A stretch of 64,000 nt of DNA, taken from contig JAYPHU010000011.1 of NCBI GenBank assembly GCA_038127535.1, positions 33,560 to 97,559 on the forward strand, given 5' to 3'. Position 1 is the stretch's first letter; every line of letters begins with the position of its first letter. The DNA is from Rhodospirillaceae bacterium (GTDB taxonomy: Bacteria; Pseudomonadota; Alphaproteobacteria; Rhodospirillales; UBA2165). This document shows positions 18,909-28,145 of the stretch, piece by piece. The notes beneath the pieces were generated by a model that saw nothing but the letters and a program-made list of their open reading frames with translations, did no database searches and was not told the origin of the DNA. A program made the position numbers and the translations under genes.

Positions 18909-20507
18909 ATGGTTTATTTTTCCAAATGGAAGGTCATTACGGTCCTGGCCATTGTGGTGATCGGGCTCTTCTTCGCCTCGCCCAATCTGCTCGATCCCAA
19001 AACCAACGACTCCATACCCGACTGGATACCTCACAATCAGGTCAATTTGGGCCTGGACCTCCAGGGCGGGTCCCACCTTTTATTGGAAGTTCAAGTGAGC
19101 GCCGTGATTGCGGAGCGCGTGACCAGCCTTGGCGAAGGTATTCGGGACGGGTTGCGGCCGCTGCGCCGTGACCGCATCCGCTATGGACTGAGTGTCGGAC
19201 GAGAGCGAGTGAGCGTGAATGTGCGGAACCCGCAGGCCGGCACCATGGAGAGGGTGCAACGGATTATGACCGCAGTGGAGCCGAACCTGGAGGTCAACGT
19301 TGAGGGCAACCGGATTTCGGTCACCTACAACGAAGAAGCCCTTGCCGAGATTAAACAATCGGCGGTCGAGCAATCCATCGAGATCGTGCGCCGCCGCATC
19401 GACGAAACCGGTACCAAGGAGCCTACCATTCAACGCCAGGGCGATGACCGCATACTGCTGCAGCTGCCGGGCGTTGATGACCCGGAACGGGTGAAGCGGC
19501 TGCTGGGCAGGACCGCCAAGATGACGTTCCATCTTATGTGCCCCACCGGAGGGGTGCAGGAGGCCTTGAGCGGCCGCGTGCCCCCTGGATGCGCCCTGCT
19601 GCAATCGGCGGAGAGCAACCGCCGGAGCGACTCCGGCGCGCCGCGGCAATTTCTGGTGCGCAAAAGAGTTGAAGTCAGTGGCGACCGCTTGATTGATGCC
19701 CAGCCCACTTTTGAACAACGCACCAATGATCCTGTGGTCAGCTTCCGCTTTGACACCGTCGGCGGCAAGAAGTTCGGCGATATCACCCGCGCCAACGTCA
19801 ATCAGCCCTTCGCCATCGTGTTGGACAACGAGGTCATTACAGCACCGGTGATCCGGGAGCCGATCCTGGGCGGCAGCGGCCAGATCAGTGGCGGGTTCAC
19901 CACGGCGGATACCCGCGACCTCGCGCTGCTGTTACGCGCGGGTGCCTTGCCCGCACCACTGACGATCCTGGAAGAACGCACGGTTGGTCCGGGACTTGGC
20001 GCCGACTCCATCGCCGCTGGTGAGTTCGCCAGTATGGTCGGTTTGATCTTGGTCGTGGTCTTTATGGTGTTGACTTATGGCTTGTTCGGGTTCTTCGCCT
20101 CTGTCGCCCTATTCGTAAACATGGTTCTGATTCTGGCGCTGTTGTCGGCCCTGCAGGCCACGCTGACCCTGCCGGGCATTGCCGGTATCGTTCTGACCAT
20201 CGGCATGGCGGTGGACGCCAATGTGCTGGTGTTTGAACGTATCAGGGAAGAAGTGCGCGCCGGGCGAACGCCTATTTCCGCGATTGACGCCGGCTATTCC
20301 CGGGCGCTGACAACCATCGTCGACGCCAATCTGACCACGCTCATTGCCGCCGCGATTCTGTTCCAGTTCGGCTCCGGCCCGATCAAGGGCTTCGCCGTTA
20401 CCCTGATCTTTGGCATTATTACCTCGATGTTCACGGCGATCATGCTGACCCGCCTCATGGTGGTAGCCTGGATCCGGCGCAAGCGCCCGACCGAAGTGCC
20501 GCTCTAG
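18909..20507 (+). CDS. secD: protein translocase subunit SecD
   Basis: 'LGLDLQGGSHLLLEV', 'ILEERTVGPGLGADSI' and a C-terminal 6-TM bundle are present. Confidence 0.95.
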   Translation: MVYFSKWKVITVLAIVVIGLFFASPNLLDPKTNDSIPDWIPHNQVNLGLDLQGGSHLLLEVQVSAVIAERVTSLGEGIRDGLRPLRRDRIRYGLSVGRERVSVNVRNPQAGTMERVQRIMTAVEPNLEVNVEGNRISVTYNEEALAEIKQSAVEQSIEIVRRRIDETGTKEPTIQRQGDDRILLQLPGVDDPERVKRLLGRTAKMTFHLMCPTGGVQEALSGRVPPGCALLQSAESNRRSDSGAPRQFLVRKRVEVSGDRLIDAQPTFEQRTNDPVVSFRFDTVGGKKFGDITRANVNQPFAIVLDNEVITAPVIREPILGGSGQISGGFTTADTRDLALLLRAGALPAPLTILEERTVGPGLGADSIAAGEFASMVGLILVVVFMVLTYGLFGFFASVALFVNMVLILALLSALQATLTLPGIAGIVLTIGMAVDANVLVFERIREEVRAGRTPISAIDAGYSRALTTIVDANLTTLIAAAILFQFGSGPIKGFAVTLIFGIITSMFTAIMLTRLMVVAWIRRKRPTEVPL

Positions 20508-20516
20508 GAGGATGAT

Positions 20517-21455
20517 GTGAAACCCATTAACCTCGTCCCCATAAAGCCGAACCTGAACTTCATCGGGCGGCACAAGCTGTTCCTGATGTTCTCGGCCGTG
20601 TTGGTCATTTTCTCTATAGGCCTGTTTATGACCAAGAGCCTCAACTACGGCATCGACTTCCAGGGCGGTATCCTGATCGAAATCCGGACGCCTAACACCG
20701 GCGACATCAGCCAAATGCGAAATGACCTGTCCGGCCTGGGCCTGGGCGAAGTCTCTTTGCAGGAATTCGGCCAGCCGACCGACTTTCTGATCCGTGTTCA
20801 AAAACAAGAAGGCGGGGAAGGGGCTCAACAAGTGGCGGTTGAGAAGGTGAAGGCGGCCTTACCCTCCAATATCGAGTATCGGCGAACCGAGTTCGTCGGA
20901 CCAAAGGTCAGTGAAGAACTATTCTTCGACGGCATCCTGGCAGTGATTTTTGCGATCTTTGGTATCCTCGCCTACATCTGGTTCCGCTTTGAGTGGCAGT
21001 TCGGCATCTGCGCCATAATTGCCTTGACCCACGACGTGGTGACGACCATCGGGATATTCTCCCTCACCGGGCTTGAGTTCAATCTATCGACCGTCGCCGC
21101 GATCCTGACCATTGCCGGCTATTCCATCAACGATACGGTGGTGGTGTTTGACCGCGTACGTGAGAACCTGCGCAAATATAAGACCAAGCCGATCAAAGAC
21201 CTGCTCAACGAGAGCATCAACGAGACTCTGTCCCGGACGGTCATGACCAGTTTGACCACGCTGCTGGCCTTGGGGGCGCTCTACATTCTGGGTGGCGAAG
21301 TGATCCGCGGGTTCAGCTTCGGCATGATCTGGGGTGTTCTTATCGGCACCTACTCCTCCATTTGCGTCGCCGTGCCGTTGCTCATTTATCTGAGCGTCAG
21401 CCGGGGCACGGAAAGCAGCAGCGGCCCGGAGCCGGTGGGAGAAACCGCGGACTAG
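20517..21455 (+). CDS. secF: protein translocase subunit SecF
   Basis: 'LNYGIDFQGG' and 'GYSINDTVVVFDRVREN' are present, with a GTG start. Confidence 0.95.
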   Translation: MKPINLVPIKPNLNFIGRHKLFLMFSAVLVIFSIGLFMTKSLNYGIDFQGGILIEIRTPNTGDISQMRNDLSGLGLGEVSLQEFGQPTDFLIRVQKQEGGEGAQQVAVEKVKAALPSNIEYRRTEFVGPKVSEELFFDGILAVIFAIFGILAYIWFRFEWQFGICAIIALTHDVVTTIGIFSLTGLEFNLSTVAAILTIAGYSINDTVVVFDRVRENLRKYKTKPIKDLLNESINETLSRTVMTSLTTLLALGALYILGGEVIRGFSFGMIWGVLIGTYSSICVAVPLLIYLSVSRGTESSSGPEPVGETAD

Positions 21456-21480
21456 CGATTACCCGAAATGGGGAGGCCAC

Positions 21481-21864
21481 GTGTCTTTGGATATTTCACC
21501 GATGGTGCCCGCGGGGCGTCAATTGATCCAAAGCTACGGTGATGGCCAGTTTACCATAAGTGATATTGTCTATACCGGCCCGGTGATTGTCCTGCCGGGG
21601 GAGACCCGATCCTGGTCGCCGGCTGATCCGTCAAATTTTACCACAGATGATTTCAACCCCGTCCTCGCGCTGGAGGAGCCGGTCGACATATTTTTGTTGG
21701 GATGTGGCCAAACCGGTCAGTTCATTCATCCAGGCCTGCGAGATGCTCTGCGGGAGAGCGGGATCACCATTGAGGCCATGGATACTGGCGCCGCGTGCCG
21801 GACGTTCAACGTCTTGCTGAGCGAGGACCGCCGGGTCGCAGCGGCGCTTCTACCGGTTGAGTAA
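21481..21864 (+). CDS. Mth938-like domain protein (NDUFAF3-like)
   Basis: 'IQSYGDGQFTISDIVYTGPVIVLP' and 'LLGCGQTGQFIHPGLRDALRESGITIEAMDTGAACRTFNVL' are present. Confidence 0.75.
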   Translation: MSLDISPMVPAGRQLIQSYGDGQFTISDIVYTGPVIVLPGETRSWSPADPSNFTTDDFNPVLALEEPVDIFLLGCGQTGQFIHPGLRDALRESGITIEAMDTGAACRTFNVLLSEDRRVAAALLPVE

Positions 21865-21871
21865 TCCGGCC

Positions 21872-24004
21872 ATGGACTGGTTCGAAGACTTCCCCACCGA
21901 CAGAATTGACCCGCAGGTGCGCCCGCCCAAAGAGGTTGGCGAAGACTTGACGGCGGAGGCGGCGTTTGAAACGGGGAATTATCCGGCGGCGTTCTCTAGA
22001 TGCCCGATCGAAAATCCCCGCCTCAGAGCCAAGGCACAAATCTTGTGTGGGGCGATCGTGCCGGGTTTGGCGGCGCTTGAGGAAGCGGGCCTCGAAACCG
22101 AGTCGGATAACCAGATCGCCTCCTTCGCCCGATGGTGTCTGGGGCAGGACGACGCACTCTTCCAGCAGTTCCAAAACTCAGATACCGGCCTGATCGATAT
22201 CCTGATCCTGAGCATGCCGGCCTCCGACAAGGCTGCCGTGTATGAAGGCGCTGAGGGCTTTCGGGTCATTAAACGAAGTTTGGCGCCGGAGGAATTCGGC
22301 ACACCATTCGAGGATGTGTTGGCGGCGCTGCCCGGCGGGTTTAATCCTAAACTAATTCTGTGTCTCGATTGCAACGGACCGTTTCTGCCTATTGGGGTGT
22401 TCGATACGGATATCCCCACGGTCTTTTGGGCCGGCGATCACGACTATTTCTTGGCGACGCGCTACGCCGACTTGTCCCGCGCGGATGTGATCGTCATGAA
22501 CAGCGCGGCTGAACATGACGAACTAACGGACATCTATTCGGGCCGGCTGGCCGCCATCCCCGGACATGAAAGCTTTGCGTTTGCCGATCAGTTTCAGCCA
22601 GGTGGCGAGCGGTCCAGCGATATTTTATTCACCGGCCGAGCGTTTCCCCCCTATATGCGGGACAAGGCACAGCAATTGTTCCGCCTCGCCGGCATTGATG
22701 ATCCGGACCTGGATATCCGAATTTTAGACGGCTATTTGCCCGACGAGGATTTCACGAGCCTGATGTCATCGGCCAAAAGTGTTCCATTGTTCTGGCGCTA
22801 TGGCGGCGGCATCCAAACCCGCGCCTTAGATGCGATCCGGTTCGGCGCCCGCGCGTTGGCGCCAGATCATGGAATATGCCGCGACCTGTTGGGAGCGGAC
22901 CAAGACTATTATCATTCCATTGGAACTGACGCGCCCGAAGAAGTCGCACGTCTTGCCATTGCGGCACGGCCCGGCACAGACGATCTCAGTGGCTTTAAAG
23001 ACCTTGCCTGGTCCTCGCCGGCGCGGGAGGAGCGGTTCCTAAAGTTCTGTCTGTATCAGACGTTATTGATCCCGAACCGGGACAGAACCGCCGCGCAAAC
23101 GGCAACCGCGATTGATCTCCGGGGGCATGACACCGAGACCGGGGTTAAAGTTTATACGGCTTGTATCCGGCGCAACTTGAATGACCCATCGATGGCGGCT
23201 CACTATAACTTCGCCGGCATGGCGGGGTTTTATGCCGCCATACTGGCGCAAACCGATCAGAAACTTGGCAATCTCTGCCTGAACGCTTTCGCCACGGGTG
23301 TCGATCAGTTTGCCGACAATGCGGCCTTGGTGTTCAACTTTGCCCGCGCACTTTGGGTCTTTGGCAAGCGCGACGAAGCAATTGTCGAGTTCGAGAAGTT
23401 TCTCGATGTCGAGAAGACCTGGCAGTTTGATCCGTGCCGGGATGCCTTGCTCAGCCATCGTGTGCGGGTTCTTGCGGACATGTTTTCTTATGGTGATTTC
23501 TACCGAACTGCGGTGGACGTTACCCGCAATCGTGAGCCCGGATTTGCCGCCATAAATCAGCTTGCCGGAGGCGCCCGGTCATACCTGGCCCGCGCTGCTC
23601 TTGATGATGGTGATCAATCGACGGCCCTGTTGCATCTTGAAGGGGCGCTAGACCTTTGGGCGGAGAACTTCCCCGCCTATCGCCTGATGGTCGAGGCATT
23701 GCGCAGCACGGACAATTTTGACGAGGTGCTCGGGTCATTCTATGCCGCCGTGAATCTCTACCCCCCATTGATCTTGGAGCTTTTGGCGGACGGCATAGAG
23801 GCGGAACTGTATCAGGACAATGAACCAGCCGCCCGTGATATCCTCCGGCGGTTCGTTCTGTTTTACGGCCGTTGTAGCAAATCAAACGGCAAACCGTTGG
23901 ATGCGCCCGCGGAAACCAAAGAGGTTGCGCGAAAGTATCGTGCTCTGTTGAGCGACTGGACCGGCGACATGCTGGACCAGATGATTGAAAGTGAATGGCT
24001 ATAG
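21872..24004 (+). CDS. large CgeB/DUF3880-like glycosyltransferase-family protein with a C-terminal helical (TPR-like) region
   Basis: The central region 'IPTVFWAGDHDYF...ADVIVMNS...DILFTGRAF...GIQTRALDAIRFGARALAP' resembles a CgeB-type GT-B C-domain. The last ~300 aa are helical-repeat-like. The ATG at 21872 follows the Mth938 stop. Confidence 0.5.
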   Translation: MDWFEDFPTDRIDPQVRPPKEVGEDLTAEAAFETGNYPAAFSRCPIENPRLRAKAQILCGAIVPGLAALEEAGLETESDNQIASFARWCLGQDDALFQQFQNSDTGLIDILILSMPASDKAAVYEGAEGFRVIKRSLAPEEFGTPFEDVLAALPGGFNPKLILCLDCNGPFLPIGVFDTDIPTVFWAGDHDYFLATRYADLSRADVIVMNSAAEHDELTDIYSGRLAAIPGHESFAFADQFQPGGERSSDILFTGRAFPPYMRDKAQQLFRLAGIDDPDLDIRILDGYLPDEDFTSLMSSAKSVPLFWRYGGGIQTRALDAIRFGARALAPDHGICRDLLGADQDYYHSIGTDAPEEVARLAIAARPGTDDLSGFKDLAWSSPAREERFLKFCLYQTLLIPNRDRTAAQTATAIDLRGHDTETGVKVYTACIRRNLNDPSMAAHYNFAGMAGFYAAILAQTDQKLGNLCLNAFATGVDQFADNAALVFNFARALWVFGKRDEAIVEFEKFLDVEKTWQFDPCRDALLSHRVRVLADMFSYGDFYRTAVDVTRNREPGFAAINQLAGGARSYLARAALDDGDQSTALLHLEGALDLWAENFPAYRLMVEALRSTDNFDEVLGSFYAAVNLYPPLILELLADGIEAELYQDNEPAARDILRRFVLFYGRCSKSNGKPLDAPAETKEVARKYRALLSDWTGDMLDQMIESEWL

Positions 24005-24011
24005 AGAGTTG

Positions 24012-25058
24012 ATGGATTTCTCGATCACCATTGTCACCTGCAACCGCGCACAAAGTCTGGTAAAAGGGCTCAATGCGCTGGCCGGGCAGGATTTTGATCT
24101 TTCCCGCTGCGAGATCATCGTCGCGGATAACGGCTCGACGGATGATACCAAGCGGGTCGCCGAAAACTTCAAGGGCAAGTTCCCGAATTTTACCTATTTG
24201 TTCGATGGTCGGCCGGGACAGATGGTTGGATGGCACCGTGCGCTCGAAATCGCGCAAGGGGAGATCACGTGTTTCATCGACGATGATGCCGAGCCGCAGC
24301 CGACCTGGCTTACCGGATTGGCTGATGCCTACAGACATCAGGTTGTCGGTATGGCAACAGGGCCGATTGAATTGGTTTACGAAAGCGCGCCGCCGGATTG
24401 GCTGGACAGCATGAAACTTGGTGAACCCGGTAGCCAGACCCTGCCATTCCTGGGGATGCTGGATTGCGGCACAACAATAATGGATATACCGGTAAACTTT
24501 GTCTGGGGGACGAACTTTTCCATCCGGCGGGACTTGTTGCTCGACATCGGCGGATTTCATCCTGGGGCTATGCCGGCAAGCCTGCTGCATTTTTACGGCG
24601 ACGGGGAAGTGCACGTGGGCCGTGGGGTCGCAGATCGGGGATTCAAGACTCTCTACCATCCCTTGGCAGGGGTACGGCACCATATACCGGAGGCGAGGAT
24701 GACGCTGGCGGGTGTCTCGGCCAAGTTCCACACAACTGCTTTCGCTCGAAGTTTCCAGACCCTGCGTCAATTGGGGGACGCCTACCCCGTGCCGACGGCA
24801 GAGGAGGTGAGAGAAATTGCCCGCCGATATTTTGCTGATCCGGTTAAGGCCCCAGCCGACGTTTTTGATGCCATCGTCGAGGGCCTGACTGATGGCTTTG
24901 CCAAGCACCTCTCGGCCTTCACAGGCGACCCGGCGTTCAGAGACTGGGTTTTAAGGGAAAATTATCTCGATCTTGATAGCTGTTACACCCACCCGGCGCT
25001 TACCGAATATCTTCAGTCGGGTGCAGGCGCCAAGGATTGGCGCCGGGGCGAAGATTAA
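24012..25058 (+). CDS. family 2 glycosyltransferase
   Basis: 'FSITIVTCNRAQSL...IIVADNGSTDDT' and 'FIDDDAEP' (DxD) are present. Confidence 0.8.
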   Translation: MDFSITIVTCNRAQSLVKGLNALAGQDFDLSRCEIIVADNGSTDDTKRVAENFKGKFPNFTYLFDGRPGQMVGWHRALEIAQGEITCFIDDDAEPQPTWLTGLADAYRHQVVGMATGPIELVYESAPPDWLDSMKLGEPGSQTLPFLGMLDCGTTIMDIPVNFVWGTNFSIRRDLLLDIGGFHPGAMPASLLHFYGDGEVHVGRGVADRGFKTLYHPLAGVRHHIPEARMTLAGVSAKFHTTAFARSFQTLRQLGDAYPVPTAEEVREIARRYFADPVKAPADVFDAIVEGLTDGFAKHLSAFTGDPAFRDWVLRENYLDLDSCYTHPALTEYLQSGAGAKDWRRGED

Positions 25059-25077
25059 AAACGGGCAAAACATCCAG

Positions 25078-26238
25078 ATGCGGATCATCGAAAACCGTAC
25101 CGGGGCCAGGCTGGGCAGGCCGCTGACCATTCTTTCCATCTTGCGCGGGCGTTGGGATGCGCAACGTGCGCCGGCGCTGCAGGCGTTGGCGGATTTAGGG
25201 CACGAGGTGGTCTATGTGGATGAGCCGTTGTCCATCGACGGCTACCGGAAAATCGTCGACCGCCTCGATTTTGATGTGGCGGTCTTGTGGGGTTCCACGC
25301 TCCAGAATTTCCTCATGACCGAGACCGGTCCCTTTTTCCTGGATGAAGCGGGATTGCCGTACGTCAGCCTATGGACCGACAACCCGGTAAAGCATCTGTT
25401 CCTGCTGAAGGATTTAGATAAAGCCACGCACCGCGCCATGTTCATCGCCGACACACGGGTGATCGAACAGATGTCCGACCTTGGCTACTACAACCTGTTT
25501 TATTTACCGCCGTGGCATATCGATCCGGACATTTTTAAACCCGTCGCCCCGGTCGCTGATCTCGGCTGTACGACCAGTTTCGCTGCAACGGTCAACGCCT
25601 ATGGGGCGGAGCGGCAGAAGTGGCGCATGTTTTGGGACCGGCATATGAACGCGGCGGCCGACGGTGTTCTCTCGACGCTGCAGGACAACAGAGACCACGT
25701 AGACGTGTTCGATGCCCTGGCTGCCGACTGGGACCCGCACGCGCTACCGTTCTCGCTCATCTCTCATGATCAATATTTCGAACAGAAAGCCTTGATCCGC
25801 GAACTGGTGGTGGAGTCTGTGGGAGGCCGGGATATCCACATCACCGGCATCGGCTCCGCAGGCTTTGACCGGCCTAATGTCAACATGCACGAGGGACGGG
25901 AATGGCATGACCTTTCGCCGGTCTTCTGTTCCGCCACCGTTAACCTGAACTGCACGCCCTGGCCGCGGTCCTGCCATCACCGAGTGTTCCAGATCACCGC
26001 CAGCCGGGCCTTGGCGGTCACCGATTGGCGCGATGATGCGATCAGTCTCTATGAGCCCGACAACGAGGTTATCTATTTCCGGTCAATGGATGAGATAGGC
26101 GAGATCATTGACCGCTTCGCTGCTGCGCCGGACGAAGCTGCAAAGATTGCCGGGGCTGGCTATCGCCGCTTCCTGGCGCACCACACCGCCGCCCACCGCA
26201 TGGCCGAATTGAGTGTCAAACTGTATGATATTTTGTAA
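25078..26238 (+). CDS. CgeB-family (DUF3880/Glyco_trans_1_2-like) glycosyltransferase
   Basis: The C-terminus 'VNLNCTPW...HHRVFQITASRALAVTD...VIYFRSMDEIGEIIDRF...AGYRRFLAHHTAAHRMAEL' matches the CgeB-like pattern. Confidence 0.6.
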   Translation: MRIIENRTGARLGRPLTILSILRGRWDAQRAPALQALADLGHEVVYVDEPLSIDGYRKIVDRLDFDVAVLWGSTLQNFLMTETGPFFLDEAGLPYVSLWTDNPVKHLFLLKDLDKATHRAMFIADTRVIEQMSDLGYYNLFYLPPWHIDPDIFKPVAPVADLGCTTSFAATVNAYGAERQKWRMFWDRHMNAAADGVLSTLQDNRDHVDVFDALAADWDPHALPFSLISHDQYFEQKALIRELVVESVGGRDIHITGIGSAGFDRPNVNMHEGREWHDLSPVFCSATVNLNCTPWPRSCHHRVFQITASRALAVTDWRDDAISLYEPDNEVIYFRSMDEIGEIIDRFAAAPDEAAKIAGAGYRRFLAHHTAAHRMAELSVKLYDIL

Positions 26239-26259
26239 AGGCGGCAAGGCCGGACCAAC

Positions 26260-26973
26260 ATGACGAAAGAGAACGAGGTCGCGGGAAAAATTTATGGCGG
26301 CGGTGCGCTGCGCGCTGCGCGAGCTGTGATTACCGCGCTCATTCACTGTCAGACCTATCTTGATATTCACGGCGATATCGCGGAGATCGGTTTGCTTGAA
26401 GGCGAATATTTACGGCGGTTCTGTGAACATGGTCGGCCCGGAGAAGGGACGGTCGCCATCGATCCTTAAATTGAGTATCCGGAGTTGGCGCCGAGACTGA
26501 CGGAGAATCTACAAACGTTTTTCAAGGATGAATCCCGCTACACCTTCATTCACGGTTCTTCCACCGATCTGATGGCGGCGGATATTCTGCCGGACGCCGC
26601 ACCGGGATTTCGGTTTTTCAGCATTGATGGTGATCACACAGCCGACTTTGTCCATCATGACCTCAGCCTGGCTCATGAGACACTGGTCGACGGCGGTATC
26701 GTTGCCCTCGATGACTACTTCGACAGCAATTGCCCTGGCGTCAGCATCGGAACGACGAAGTTCCTATTGGATAAAAACGATGGCCGGTTGGCTGTATTGC
26801 TATACGCTGACAACAAGGTGCTTCTCACCACGGCCGAACATCATCACGTGTATAGAATGTTGCTGGAGAAATTCACTGATTTTAGAGACCATCTCGCCCA
26901 TCCTGATGTGGATCGGTTCGGGTATCCGGCTTTTGCGGTAGACGGAATTATCTCCGGCGCTTTGCCGGGATGA
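26260..26973 (+). pseudogene. class I SAM-dependent methyltransferase (Methyltransf_24-like) interrupted by an in-frame TAA (26467-26469)
   Basis: ORFs 26260-26469 and 26485-26973 share one frame. Together they read 'IAEIGLLEGEY...GTVAIDP*IEYPE...FIHGSSTD...FFSIDGDHTADFVHHDLSLAHETLVDGGIVALDDY', a contiguous MTase fold. Confidence 0.55.
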
Positions 26974-26985
26974 CCAAGATTTCTT

Positions 26986-27294
26986 CTAAGCGCTGATATC
27001 CGATAGGGCGCCTAAGGACTCTTCTACCGAGGAGATCACCCGGGCGTTCGCCGCATAGGCGACCTTGGCGCTGAACTGCACGACGTATTCACGGACATAG
27101 CTGGTTTCATCCACCGGTGCTGTCTTGGTGTTTAAGCCGACGGCCTGGCCGGCGGAAACTTGCGTGACTATGCGCACGTCCCAGCCTTGGAAGTTGTCCG
27201 AGTTGATGTTCACCACATTTTGGGCGGACTGCCGTAACTGTTGGGCGCTGGCCTGGAGGCCGGAAACAGCGGTTGAAAGGGCGGAAATCGTCAT
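26986..27294 (-). CDS. small flagellar rod/hook-family-like protein (102 aa)
   Basis: The N-terminus 'ISALSTAVSGLQASAQQLRQSAQNVVNINSDNFQ' resembles the Flg_bb_rod motif (SGL..A....NN.AN.NT.GF). The C-terminus 'AANARVISSVEESLGALSDI' resembles the rod C-terminal helix. Confidence 0.45.
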   Translation of the reverse strand: MTISALSTAVSGLQASAQQLRQSAQNVVNINSDNFQGWDVRIVTQVSAGQAVGLNTKTAPVDETSYVREYVVQFSAKVAYAANARVISSVEESLGALSDISA

Positions 27295-27405
27295 GGGCCA
27301 ACACTAAAGCTCGCGCGTAGCCTCGGATATGATCTGGATCACAACAAAAAACGGGGCCGTTTGGCCCCGTTTTCCGCCCTCCGGAGAGGGAAATTTGTTT
27401 GAACC

Positions 27406-27912
27406 TTAGTAGAGGTTCTGCGCCGACACCATGGCATACAGCATGGGAATCGACAGCAATGTGTTGGTCCGGGACGCCATGCCCGCGGCTTTCGCGGCGG
27501 CCGCCTTTTCGTCAGCGCTGGCTTCCTTCATGCCCATGACCTTCTGCTGGTTCGGCCAAATGATGAACCAAACATTGAAAGCCATGATCAAACCAAACCA
27601 CATGCCAATGCCGATGGAGGCATGCTTGGCGGAACTGTCGAGCAGGCCAATCGCCAACGCTTCACCCAGATAACCTTGCATGTGCGCCAGAATCAGACCC
27701 CAGATCACCGTGGACAGAGCGGCCCAGCGGAACCAGAACAGGGCTTCCGGCAGAATGAACTTCGGAATCGCCGGTTTCAGCTCGTCCGGCATTTTCGGAA
27801 CGGTCGGCGTCTGCACGAAGTTGAAATACCATAACAGGCCGATCCACATCACGCCGCTCAGGACGTGTAACCAGCGGACGATAAAGGCCCAAAAGTCATA
27901 ACCAAATTCCAT
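27406..27912 (-). CDS. integral membrane protein related to the N-terminal domain of urate hydroxylase PuuD / HemJ-CopD-like helix bundle
   Basis: 'RWLHVLSGVMWIGLLWYFNFVQ' and 4-5 TM segments. The family assignment is from memory only. Confidence 0.45.
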   Translation of the reverse strand: MEFGYDFWAFIVRWLHVLSGVMWIGLLWYFNFVQTPTVPKMPDELKPAIPKFILPEALFWFRWAALSTVIWGLILAHMQGYLGEALAIGLLDSSAKHASIGIGMWFGLIMAFNVWFIIWPNQQKVMGMKEASADEKAAAAKAAGMASRTNTLLSIPMLYAMVSAQNLY

Positions 27913-27936
27913 GATAACTCTCCCTTACCCCTCTGA

Positions 27937-28029
27937 TTACGAACCAATGGCGTTCACGACGAACACCATGATAACCGTTAAAATCAGGCCACTGATGATG
28001 GCTGATTGCAATGAACCTAATGGATTCAT
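27937..28029 (-). CDS. 30-aa single-TM peptide
   Basis: A strong SD (AAAGGGGAG) lies 7 nt before the ATG. The sequence is 'MNPLGSLQSAIISGLILTVIMVFVVNAIGS'. It lies between the HpnE-like and PuuD-N-like genes on the same strand. Confidence 0.35.
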   Translation of the reverse strand: MNPLGSLQSAIISGLILTVIMVFVVNAIGS

Positions 28030-28145
28030 GAGATAACTCCCCTTTCTCTTACCTATGGTCGTGGATACATACAAAAAGCATGGCGCCATTGTAGGTCCAC
28101 TCGCTGACCAAAGTACAGCAAGCACCAAACCTAGTGGCCCAAGGC

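Noticed and set aside
18480-21455. yajC, secD and secF are all in the same reading frame. They are separated only by single TAG stops with no other stop in the short spacers. scpB and the 386-aa ORF behave likewise.
   Set aside because: This is tempting as evidence for amber readthrough fusions. However, among short-spacer gene pairs following a TAG in this window, about half are in phase (SPOR-nagZ, secF-Mth938 and the 711-aa gene-GT2 pair are not). That is not clearly different from the one-third expected by chance.
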